IMG/VR virus record: IMGVR_UViG_3300035703_000049
Coordinates: 24,152 to 88,151 of that record
DNA from: a virus
Length of the DNA: 64,000 nt
Strand: one strand, 5' to 3'
Positions 13,201-19,648 of the stretch are shown one piece after another. The position numbers and the translations under genes are program-made. A model generated the notes under the pieces. It saw only the letters and a program-made list of their open reading frames with translations, ran no database searches and was not told the DNA's origin. Every line of letters begins with the position of its first letter. The stretch's first letter is position 1.

Positions 13201-15556
13201 ACCAACTTTTATCATTTGTTTCGCTTTGCGGCCTAATCCATTCAACTTTGTAAATTTTGTTTCTTACATCGGGATTAGTATCTGCTGTAAAAATTACTCT
13301 CATGCCTGGATAAAGAGGAATATCATCAACATAAAATCCTCCTAATCCACCTAACTTCATTTGAATAGTTACAACACCGTCAATTGAAGCTGTTTGCTTT
13401 ACAACCGTATAACCTTCACGTTCTTTTTCAATTTTAAATTCTTCAACCGCAGAAACAGATCCAGAAAAATTAATAATATTTTCTTCTCTGATTACTATTG
13501 GTTGTCCTTCAACTGTGCTTAAAGCATCCAGTGTTACGTTATCAATAACATCAACTGCTTTTTTAGCAATTTGTCCAAAGTTGTATAGTTGTAAGTTTGG
13601 ATCAAATTCTAATATTGGTCTTTTAGCTCTAGCACTTGAATCAATCGTTGATAAATAATTATTATATTTTGCAGTGAGGTCTATAACATCTTTATGAAAC
13701 CAACGGTTATGCCTTACCCATGCGCTTTGCTCAATACTGTTTCTTTTAATTACAAAGTAATCTGGAGTTAGTGGAGCGTTAGTTGAGGCAGCAAATTTTT
13801 CTGTATCATAAAAATCAGTATCAAATGATATTTCAACAACATCCATCCATGTTTCATTAGCAATTAAATCATCAATATCAACTAGTGATATAGATTCTCC
13901 TACTCCTTCTACATAATAAGATTTGTTAGCATATTCGCTTTGTATTACATCTTCTAAAAATCTTATTTTTAATCCGTTTGTAAACCTAACACCGTTTGGA
14001 CTTTCATAAGATCTTTTACCTAAGATACTACCTAAAACATCAATCTTTAAATTATTATTTTGATCAACAATTTCAATTACACCGCCAATATTTGGATCAA
14101 GTGAATCAGTATAATAAAGTCGATCTAGAGTAGATGTTATAAGTGGGATAACTGTTAAGTCATCATTGCTATCTCTATAGATTTTTTTGTTACCATAAGC
14201 AATACCTTCCAAAACAGTAACTTTGTTATTTCTTGGAATAACTGTGCTTGGTCTTAAAACTATATAACCTTCAGAGTTAATAGTTACATCAAATAGTCCT
14301 TTTTGTTGTTCAAAAGATACAGTATCTCCTTGATCAAAACCAGTAGCATCAAATGAAAAATCAACAGAGTCAAATGGTTCAGGATTATACCAAGATTGTT
14401 GTAAATCATATAATTCTAATTTATTAGCGTTAAAAACGGTACCAGTGATAAAATCTTCTAATACACGATAAACATTATTTCCATACTGTATTAATTCCCC
14501 TTCAGCATATGCTTTAAATTGCTGCCAAGGTTGAGGATTTTGTCCGCTAGCTGGATCTTTCAAAAATACTAATTTTTTACCATCAAGCATTCTCTGACCA
14601 TCAATGCCGCCAAATAAAGTAATGATGTCATCGTACTTTTTATAATGCACTTCATTATAACGCAATGCTCGATTTCTATTACTCGCATACGCAACTAAGT
14701 TTGTATTTGTAAAATCTGGCATACGCAAGAAGAAATCTTGTGCATCTGCTTCTGGAACTCTAAATGTAATTGTTCCTACATCGTCCCCGTTATTTTCAAC
14801 ACCAAAAACATCTCTAGTGCTTAAGTTATTTTGCCAAGATAGCTGTTCAGTTGTGCCAGGTGCAGTTTGTATAAAGAATCCGTGCCCCGTTTGATTAACT
14901 TGGAATGTATAAGTTCCGCCTCTAGCCAAACGTATAGTTGGATTTAACTTAGTACCAGTAATGTTAAACTTAATTCCATCTTCTCTAACACGTTGAAAAA
15001 CATTTTCGCTAGTGTCAAATCCTTTTAAATCAAAATTTTCTTTTTCGTATTCACCGTTAACAATTTGATACAGTGTTGGAGGTGTAACAGTTATATCTAA
15101 TTCTAATGGTATTTCTGTAGCAAATACTGTAACAGAATCTGGTCCATTTGGTAACCAATAGTAAGAGCTGTAGTTTAAAAATTTATCATAATCAATAAAT
15201 GCGTCGTAGTTATATGTAAAATCATCAAATAATCTAGAATGATTGTTAGTAAATCCACCAAGCACGTCAATGCGTCTTAATAAATCAACATACCCGGATG
15301 TAAATGATACTTTACCATTTTCATCAACATAAGTTGTATGTGGTTCAAGTTGATAGTTTTGTCTTAGATCGCTAAATTCGTTGATAAAAGAATCGTTAGC
15401 ACCAGCAACTGGACTAAATCTACGCCCAACATAACCATCTAATCTTCTTAGTTCTGGTTCACTAATTAATTGATCTACAGTGGCATGTAAAAATTTATCA
15501 TTTACTTCAGTCCTGAAGACGTTTGGTAAAAAGTCTAAAGATCTTCTATATGCCAT
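1232..15556 (-). CDS. Giant (4774 aa) baseplate wedge / fibre-attachment structural protein (gp7-position)
   Basis: Directly follows gp6. Contains FG-GAP-like propeller repeats (FGxSLxL...IIGAP...GKVYVF), 'F/xDGSTxxF/YxL' beta-sandwich repeats, three CBM5/12-like W-x4-Y-x2-G-D/E motifs, and IKPYHTKIREF, a motif recognised in jumbo-phage baseplate proteins. Confidence 0.7.
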   Translation of the reverse strand: MAYRRSLDFLPNVFRTEVNDKFLHATVDQLISEPELRRLDGYVGRRFSPVAGANDSFINEFSDLRQNYQLEPHTTYVDENGKVSFTSGYVDLLRRIDVLGGFTNNHSRLFDDFTYNYDAFIDYDKFLNYSSYYWLPNGPDSVTVFATEIPLELDITVTPPTLYQIVNGEYEKENFDLKGFDTSENVFQRVREDGIKFNITGTKLNPTIRLARGGTYTFQVNQTGHGFFIQTAPGTTEQLSWQNNLSTRDVFGVENNGDDVGTITFRVPEADAQDFFLRMPDFTNTNLVAYASNRNRALRYNEVHYKKYDDIITLFGGIDGQRMLDGKKLVFLKDPASGQNPQPWQQFKAYAEGELIQYGNNVYRVLEDFITGTVFNANKLELYDLQQSWYNPEPFDSVDFSFDATGFDQGDTVSFEQQKGLFDVTINSEGYIVLRPSTVIPRNNKVTVLEGIAYGNKKIYRDSNDDLTVIPLITSTLDRLYYTDSLDPNIGGVIEIVDQNNNLKIDVLGSILGKRSYESPNGVRFTNGLKIRFLEDVIQSEYANKSYYVEGVGESISLVDIDDLIANETWMDVVEISFDTDFYDTEKFAASTNAPLTPDYFVIKRNSIEQSAWVRHNRWFHKDVIDLTAKYNNYLSTIDSSARAKRPILEFDPNLQLYNFGQIAKKAVDVIDNVTLDALSTVEGQPIVIREENIINFSGSVSAVEEFKIEKEREGYTVVKQTASIDGVVTIQMKLGGLGGFYVDDIPLYPGMRVIFTADTNPDVRNKIYKVEWIRPQSETNDKSWSFISDGSTNSYDLNFDIDEPSRLKVFVNGISAGAQGYFWSYVASTQSLVFSSTIPPDESIISVSIEFEDQIHLVLADDGDDVVEGDTVLIKQGLNNQGKTYHFVNGVWVVSQQKTKVNQSPKFDLYDQNKKSFGDVNVYTSSTFNGNNLFGYETGTSIVDPVLGFKLKYRNINNIGDIVFSDFITKDSFIYRQNQQSITKSTIGGKVKVNAPDRTFTFRNQWRKVRQKSRQLQLQTYFATEYQRNLFRLNAFPMGTNQEMLTNVIVYVNNNLLYTNHYDLQIEDNIAYLLLDRNLNVGDKIDIKVASLESNENSVYEPPLNYTNNPFNKEITELTLGQMRTHIIKCLEDIPNLSDESLSEFNLRDTLDVKTFRGNILQHDGASHLANFFLNSPQANFVNATINAQREYARYKNRLLQLINELYVVGEPANQTLDRALSEIVANKNKNFPYFTSDMIPYGNDYTRRIYQVVDNRLDTYDLTEIFDPTVASNKAVLVYLNNVQLLINRDYIFSTTRPVIELDLTSITLVEGDILEIREYTTTDGSYIPATPTKLGLYPLYIPMIVNDGYGENTRQMIRGHDGSLTALFGDIRDAVLLEFETRIYNNIKVKYDVNRFDIWDYIAGAFRQTDYTTAEFNSILSSHFSAWSGANAIAVSDYRQFVANDPFTYNYGRFTNRVDGELMPASSWRGIYKYYFDTDAPHLRPWEMLGFADKPDWWEESYGPAPYTSGNTVLWDDIEAGKILFGERAGIDARFERPSLSKILPVDGSGELLSPIDCVTKDINELDVSGFFKFGDIGPVENAWRQSSEYPFVIQLAIALMKPAEYFGVNIDTNNQIIDLDDEQRIFSKTGIRDFSNEFVQNEIDLEGNVARVHSYINWISDYCKCRGLDITKNIGQIIRKLESKLGYKVAGYTDKKYLKIITEQYTPASNNPGVIIPDDDFDIVLNKSAPIFNLTYSGVIVTKTVDGYSVTGYDDNKPYFTIEASAENENKTYIKVGKLAIIKYNDGTGELYRVPYGTEFFSIDQVGDFLISYGRYLTRQGFQFTDKLDEDASWYLDWDLAVREFLFYVQQGWDVDVAISLSPVGSKINYRSAFGVVDGLSNRPLSTRILDEDFKIVRASEYTVYRNGRDFNAKIDNTHGIYLIDLDVVEYEHILLFNNITRFNDIIYEPIIGDRQHRLRIQGFKTNDWDGSYSAAGFVINEDNVEEWKSGVNYNKGDIIFFKEEYFTASDKIPASINFELDKWIKIDYNTIKKGLLPNLANRAGLFKQYYDTNQVNLEQDAQKLAKNLIGFESRSYMEDLGISDTSQFKFYQGMLSQKGTNSNLDKLLKAKVDNFGGIVNSYEEWALRLGTYGSTDNTRNLQIELDESWAVKDPLVIELLGDNDAFPNGHKGLKSKDIFIKHVPYDKNFINNREYSKNTNDLYTAGYAQLSDVDYASPTRAALNSYVTGSDVGAGDLIWIAADRNNQWNVYRIDETDIRLESLNVISNGNATIRCVNNHNLEKNDLIFIKSDNTNPNVFGFYTVTTIVDARTFVVGTGYGSIQINPFSGFVFKLKSMKFNSSQDVAAQEPLKGWQEGDKLFIDNANNNGWRIYENQKVWEVGTNYRATFADENDNLGYAVDTDDQNYYMIAGRPGSNNGIGSVVIYSITTNGSLEEIANLTTDSVGVIGVGESVSASNDATFAAGAPNSDDIGFVVILAPSAETGEFRTQQIIASDTLDLNGEFGYNVVLSNDGNWLAVGQPGADEGYVYLYQRRFVSILPSASVTFTGDGSSTIFALIGDVANPNDVANVIVTQDGIALIPSVDYTLVGSNLVLSAAPLFGSNIVVTVSRGLPQQTIISDGSTVSYGLTGDNATPTSIYALFVEVDGVIQVPFRDYTLDLIGNQYYVTFNDVPPINVEIYIEQRTHFELVTAFTSDSANVDDRFGQSLELTDGGRQIIIGAPNTNIIDEDGSTILAENAGKVYVFDRLAETYYADGDTVEFFTAANILGMPYVYVDNKKLVEGEEYTYTIDTITLFTPPDAGALVKIETNNVVQTTELTLESANDDLEDDSGFGESIQVCPTNCSVYIGAPRKDSGKINSGKVYRFINQGRFFGVITGTVQDPIITDDSVLVINDFFVFLETGYDLDAIVDAINETAIPGVTAINDNGYLYLETNSLITGERLLITSALGQPLVDIGLEIFPHQQTINSPTDDHYVEFGKSLAIGPEADILVVGSARASTRLETTIDNKTTYFDARATSFNDIKKQSGAAWMYQFIPVANSSITNPGQFVSAQKLTNPLIDSFDEYGKSIAINASTIYIGAPGDDTTGNNTGLIFSFNNNENKKPWNTIRSNSPKVDINLINRVFLYNKETQQIVTDLDFIDPVKGKISGLAAQEITYQTSFDPAVYNNNSSGRVWGKEHVGQVWWDISQTRWIDYEQGNISNRGINWNSAFPGSTIICYEWAESILPPTQFVDEKDPTSFPRSNNFNLVSDIDPNTGIVTNRYYYWVAGKRTIPNVKNRRYSTVDLENLIANPRSTGVPFIAFVASNAVALYNCSNLLQDKNIVLSIEYDVVFNENSIHAEFQLISENDAQSIPNDRVVQKLIDSLAGSDIQGNLVPDPKLTLGEKYGIAYRPRQTIYRDRKSALKSAVEYVNLILSRIPARENKNTTNLLSFEEIPNVYTDAYDEVVNDRTELGYLNISLYPENYRVLVQVDEEVSDKWTIYKKVNNNWILEKVQSFDNRRYITTADWLKPGAIDPIVTDYTIDFSYQLISIIPSEGDTVKVKDAGNGRYVILQYTNNNYEIIKQESATYKIIDAIWDQTKFAQGFDIETFDIQIFDDWPTAEIQNILRSVYNDIFSGTEQIEKNRWFLLMMQHLLAEQKYVDYIFKTSFIKVEHRNQQAISQIPTLQKDRQDNLRKYIEEIKPYHTKIREFVNSHEGLDTANTGVTDFDIPAYYNETNGKYRSPTGLDEIDDIIFERPEYSAWLNNFTLEVESILVHNSGEGYTAPPTLTLVGTTGSGTTLDATVVNGEITKVHVNSGIGYITTPIIEIEDSSGEGAVLVPIMGNKKVRSIKDVIKFDRVPNNGGFLIQFLDEFENPVDIRDQKKSRVFGEQGVLDELLDALSGFEWIKEEASQIGWPVENASNYRIFPDDSGRIQVQYKKLPGGWTAEFLQAYLRSLGYFVGADELDISGTVVSVDGNMSLYAPTVLEWQLETRYDRGDIIVYNNKAYTLRDSVPVTTTGETFEITDFRELNADEFESHLNRTWAYYQPAAGLPGKDLGQLFAGVEYPGVKVQGASFRDEPGFDVGAYDISGLDQFIIGPEGVSVLDESVLDQTIYSNFLDTTLGTKPEDIITHGGKFVDTYSSHAPEEAIPGRVYDTLDIRVFTVPASDFADKGLGLLITTTVYDVNTDNVYPFNTTITKGDDLIVISKNYGRLDQNIDYTINFKNKTITMLKSLLTNDVLYIYAINGGGEGLIYDQEIACQENINSYTLQIDLDLIYQSLVTLNGEKIEDYELALFSQGLTTLTIDDSITLTDNDTIHVHLFYTESTEQQFVDLNTELFNVTGNVYPTNYTFTLANEIGYSYPSAEKIIVELNNNRLRPPNQKYYIGDNSTIEFDIPYTRDIDINSINESTVRVALNGEQLLPTIDWDLLPTDGSSIPRIILYSLVPTDLDLLTISLTNKAEYSLLDEKTIIISQSISLDTNDVIRVTTFTNDERLGIKTSVYQGTVESNVLTLIGFDDVGFDSVNYDSVQANLINTKIYDLPTPVNNINYLWVTLDQDAIDGGRYLLPNNDYELIENGTKIKLSNNITMFDESLLVITQFGENQQIPAVAFRLFKDLNDNWNYYRIGARSTTELARTLNITDTEIFVKDASVLAQPNTELAIPGIIMVGGERILYYGVDLENNKLTQIRRGIDGTGAVLAIPLNTLVQDASFLQRIPNAHNKVWYDQGEFDATNGLGLQYSTTEQVKFLLQDTALPISKVFDVKYLEASYVINGYVVGNLY

Positions 15557-15559
15557 TTA

Positions 15560-18500
15560 TTAATAACCCCCAATAACAGTTCTATTTTGTAAAGCAAAAC
15601 CAGTTGACACTGTCGAACTTAGCGTTGCTTTTAATTTTGATGCAGTAATTGCATCTATTAATTCTACGTCATCTACAGTCGCAGCAGAAATTAGTATTTC
15701 ATCTGCTCTTGCTTTTATCTGCATAAAATCACTAAACAATAGTGTGTCAAGTTTAGGTACAATTACTATTGCTGCAAGGTCTGTACTTAATTCTTTATGC
15801 AGATATCCAGCTAATTCTGAGAAGTAAAATGTATCTCCAAAATCCCAATTTTCTAATGCAAAGTATTTATCTATTGCATTTATTACATTATTTCTAATTT
15901 GTGTATTTGTTAGTCTTGTGCTTTCGCTTCTAACAACTTTAAAAGTTGCTTGAAGAGTTGCTTCTGCTTTTGATCCAAACAATGGTTTATATTTTACTGG
16001 ATTGAACACAATTGCATCGCTTGTAGCTTTAAACTTTTCTAAACCTTGGAATAACAAAGCCATGTCTATTGTAGACATTGGACTTGGTTCCATTAGTGTG
16101 CCAGTTAAATCTTTTAGATATCTTCTATATTCTGCATCGTATGAACTTGTTAAGATATACATATCAATTATGTTTGTTGGACTTGGATCAATACGTCTAT
16201 CATTTGGGCTATTATGTCTGTATTGAAACTTTAAGTAAGATCTACCAACACGAACAACATAATCTGTTGTTTCTCTAATTACACGCTCATCTTCATCTAA
16301 TAATAATATATAAAATACTTGATCTTCATATGCGTAAAACACAGTGCCAACAGGGTTAGCGTTTCTTCCCTCAAGTTCTATATCACTTATTGTTGGATAA
16401 GCGACCGATACTGTATTTGGATCTCTCCAACGTAATCTTTCTATATTATCAAAATCTAAATATTTTTCTAAAAACACAAGTTTATCTAAATCAAATATAG
16501 ATACATTTTCGCCTACTACTAAATCAAATACACTAGGATCATCTGGTATACCATCATTGTCACTGTCTGCAAATGTTACTTTAACAATAGTATCATCTTT
16601 ATACCCATCTGGATAACCAACAGTGTCTGTAATTTCCATTGACAAATCTTTACCTAATGATGTAAGCCCATCTGCTGATTCATTAAACTTTAGAAACTTA
16701 ACAGTATCTTTAATTACAGAACTTGTACGCGGATCATAAATCCTAGTTGCACTATCAAAATAGAATCTTGTATCTAATACGCTGCCAAAGATAAAATCTA
16801 TACCTCTAGTTAATACAGTATATGTATTGCCGTTGTTTATCATTGCAATAAACCAGTTTTCTCCTTCAATTCCTAAATTAAATTCAGAATCAACATTTAA
16901 AACCGCAGGAGAAATTGTTAACCAACGTTGAGTTAGTACATCATACTTAAGACCAAAATCTTGATTGTTTGTTATGTAATTAACAATCTCTTGCTCAACA
17001 TCGTTTGTTAAATTAGTGTTATATGGTGCGTACAAACTTTCCGCAATCGCATTTGTTGGAATATTTTTGCTTAACAAAATTCCACCTACACCTGCATCAT
17101 TTAGACCAAGATTATTAGTTGTGCCATCATCAACAACTGAAATTACACTTGCCCAAATTGTTGTTGTTTCGCCTAGTAGCGTTGGGACACCTGTACTTAA
17201 CTGTCCTTCAACATCAAAAAACTGCCCTGTTGGTGCAACGAATTTAATTAAACAACCTGGTTTAATAAACTTTCTATTACTAGTAACAGTATCTCCAACT
17301 TGCCAAGGAATTAAGCTTTCATTTCCAAAATAACCTGTACTTACACCGCTTTCAGCAGTGCCTCTTACCCAAAATGTATTTGATAGATTATTTTTTGGAA
17401 ATAGTCCATAATACAAATGTAAACTTGATTTTTTGTTAATAATTGTTCGTACATTGTTCCTAATAAATCTTCTTATATCATTTAAGTTTGTCCAAACAAA
17501 TTGTGACCCTTCAGTAATCGTTGTTCGATAAATGTATCCGTCTTCACAAAATATATTAGTGCTTGAATATTTACCAGTAACATCTTTTACATCTAAGAAT
17601 CTACTAATACCACTTGCTGTTCTGTTAACTGATTTAACTTTTGTTATTTCGTTGTAGCGAGTATAAGGAAACACATTATAGTCTTGTCCATTTATCATAC
17701 GATTTTGTGTATAATAAAATTGTGGAGCGTTTGCTTTAATTTCTGATAATTCTTCTCTGCCTTCTGCATTATTGATTGTATATTGCAGTGCTGCACGGAT
17801 TGTAAGACCTTCAATTCTATTTTGCTTGCTAATATAGGCAATTGACAAGTTAATTCCTTGCATTGCTGCAGGAGGTATATTGTATTCAAGTGCGTTACTT
17901 ACACGCACGGTTGCTCTAAATCTTCCTGTTGGAATATCAGAGAAAATACCATCACCAAAAATTAAATCAACTTGATCATTTAATCTTGAAGATACAGAGT
18001 AAATGTTTCTTTGTTCCTGCGATATAGAATTGTAAATGATGTTGTTATCTCTTAAATTTTCAACCTTACCCCATTCTCTAAGAATGCCGCCTGCATCGCT
18101 TAATTCAAATAACCAAACATCATTATTGTTGATATTATCTAAGTTTAGTCCAACTAAACGATTTGGTAATGATTCGGTTAGAGAAAAGTCTAAATTGTTT
18201 AGTTGTCCTTGTTTGAAACCAATAAAGAATCCAGTGTTAGCACTACCATTTCCTCGCCCATCACTTCTAAAAAGCATACCAAAGCTATCGCTAGTTTGCG
18301 GACTAACTTCATAAATTCCTTTATCAGTATCTAATCCAACATTGTAAGCTTCAAATGGGAATGTATTTCCGTTTACTGTTGCGTTGAACGGGAATACTGG
18401 AACTAAATTTGGACGCAATCTAAATTGATATAATTCGTTTAATATATCTCCAACTATTAAACTACCGCTTGGTCTGCTAATACGTTGACCTGGTTGAAGT

Positions 18501-18988
18501 GCGGCATTTATTACTGTAGTAAACTGTTCTTGCCAATCTAAATTAGTTGGATCATCCCAAAATATTGTTTGATTTGCTAAGTTTCTGCCTGAACTATCTC
18601 TTAACAATTCAGTAGTGTTTACACTAATAATTTTAAGCATTCCACTAGCATTGATATGTCGTTTTGGACTGTAACCAAGCATAGAAGCTAAACGATAAAC
18701 ACTATCTCTACGTTCAGCAGTTGATAAAAAATTCTCTCTAGAATTTAAATCCCCACGGAAAGCAAGACTTTGCCCCATAAATGCAATAAGATCAAGCATT
18801 GCGATAAATTCACTTGATTCAATGTAGTCGTTGAAATCCTCAGGATAATAAGTCCTGAGATAATCTACCATGCTTTTTCTTAATGTTTCGTAATCATAGC
18901 TTTGAAAATCAGCAGTTCTAAATGTTGTGTAAAGTCTTTTCCAATCTTCAGCAGCAAACAAATTTGATTGACGAGTGGTTACAGCCAT
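15560..18988 (-). CDS. Baseplate wedge protein, T4 gp6-like
   Basis: N-terminal DFQSYDYETLR...FNDYIESSEF...DLNSRENFLSTAERRDSV; LIFGDGIF; IKANAPQFYYTQNRMINGQDY (gp6/baseplate J motif); adjacent to gp25. Confidence 0.85.
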   Translation of the reverse strand: MAVTTRQSNLFAAEDWKRLYTTFRTADFQSYDYETLRKSMVDYLRTYYPEDFNDYIESSEFIAMLDLIAFMGQSLAFRGDLNSRENFLSTAERRDSVYRLASMLGYSPKRHINASGMLKIISVNTTELLRDSSGRNLANQTIFWDDPTNLDWQEQFTTVINAALQPGQRISRPSGSLIVGDILNELYQFRLRPNLVPVFPFNATVNGNTFPFEAYNVGLDTDKGIYEVSPQTSDSFGMLFRSDGRGNGSANTGFFIGFKQGQLNNLDFSLTESLPNRLVGLNLDNINNNDVWLFELSDAGGILREWGKVENLRDNNIIYNSISQEQRNIYSVSSRLNDQVDLIFGDGIFSDIPTGRFRATVRVSNALEYNIPPAAMQGINLSIAYISKQNRIEGLTIRAALQYTINNAEGREELSEIKANAPQFYYTQNRMINGQDYNVFPYTRYNEITKVKSVNRTASGISRFLDVKDVTGKYSSTNIFCEDGYIYRTTITEGSQFVWTNLNDIRRFIRNNVRTIINKKSSLHLYYGLFPKNNLSNTFWVRGTAESGVSTGYFGNESLIPWQVGDTVTSNRKFIKPGCLIKFVAPTGQFFDVEGQLSTGVPTLLGETTTIWASVISVVDDGTTNNLGLNDAGVGGILLSKNIPTNAIAESLYAPYNTNLTNDVEQEIVNYITNNQDFGLKYDVLTQRWLTISPAVLNVDSEFNLGIEGENWFIAMINNGNTYTVLTRGIDFIFGSVLDTRFYFDSATRIYDPRTSSVIKDTVKFLKFNESADGLTSLGKDLSMEITDTVGYPDGYKDDTIVKVTFADSDNDGIPDDPSVFDLVVGENVSIFDLDKLVFLEKYLDFDNIERLRWRDPNTVSVAYPTISDIELEGRNANPVGTVFYAYEDQVFYILLLDEDERVIRETTDYVVRVGRSYLKFQYRHNSPNDRRIDPSPTNIIDMYILTSSYDAEYRRYLKDLTGTLMEPSPMSTIDMALLFQGLEKFKATSDAIVFNPVKYKPLFGSKAEATLQATFKVVRSESTRLTNTQIRNNVINAIDKYFALENWDFGDTFYFSELAGYLHKELSTDLAAIVIVPKLDTLLFSDFMQIKARADEILISAATVDDVELIDAITASKLKATLSSTVSTGFALQNRTVIGGY

Positions 18989-19041
18989 CTTTGATGTCTT
19001 TCTTTATATTAACTTATTTATTTTGAAAATAATATGGTGTT

Positions 19042-19410
19042 TTAAATGCGTTCAACAACACGACGATCAAATATAAGTTTAAGTGTTTCTGTTTCGTTGC
19101 TAGAAACATACTCCAAGCGTAATTCAATTAGTATTCCGTGTTCAAATTGATCCACTAAAATTTGATCTACACGCAGTCTTGGATCGTACCGTGCTATCCT
19201 AGTTACATCATCTACAATAGCAGCGCGTAATTGTTCTGTGTAAGGTTCAAAAATACTGTCCCAAATAATAGTCCCAAAATTTGGTTGCATTAGCTTTTCG
19301 CCCCTGCGTATGTAAAAATGATTAATTAAATCACGCTTAATTAAGTCTGCGTCTGTAAGTGTTACGCTTTTGTTTTGATCAATTGTAGAATAACCAACAT
19401 ATAGTGCCAT
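19042..19410 (-). CDS. Baseplate wedge subunit, T4 gp25-like
   Basis: LIKRDLINHFYIRRGEKLMQPNFGTIIWDSIFEP...YDPR matches the GPW/gp25 family pattern; 122 aa. Confidence 0.9.
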   Translation of the reverse strand: MALYVGYSTIDQNKSVTLTDADLIKRDLINHFYIRRGEKLMQPNFGTIIWDSIFEPYTEQLRAAIVDDVTRIARYDPRLRVDQILVDQFEHGILIELRLEYVSSNETETLKLIFDRRVVERI

Positions 19411-19425
19411 AGTTCTATTTATTAG

Positions 19426-19453
19426 TTGACAATAGCGTATTTTCTAATAAAAT
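19426..19453 (+). promoter_or_regulatory. Sigma70-type promoter for the 19460 ORF
   Basis: TTGACA (19426-31), 16-nt spacer, TAAAAT (19448-53); ATG follows 6 nt later. Confidence 0.6.
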
Positions 19454-19459
19454 TTTAGT

Positions 19460-19648
19460 ATGAAACAAGATCAAATTTATTCAACAACATTTAATTTACT
19501 TAAAAGAAGTCATAATCAACCAATTGAAATGACGTTTGCTGACTTAGTGGATGAGTTAGAAAAGCTAAACGCCTTACCAAAAGAAACTGTTTGGCAAATG
19601 CGTTTAGCTATCTTACATACTGAACAAGAAAGAGTTATGGCCACCTAG
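19460..19648 (+). CDS. Small hypothetical protein antisense to the baseplate operon
   Basis: 62-aa ORF fills the gp25-gp5 gap, has its own near-consensus promoter, and overlaps the gp5-like 3' end by 14 nt. Confidence 0.6.
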   Translation: MKQDQIYSTTFNLLKRSHNQPIEMTFADLVDELEKLNALPKETVWQMRLAILHTEQERVMAT

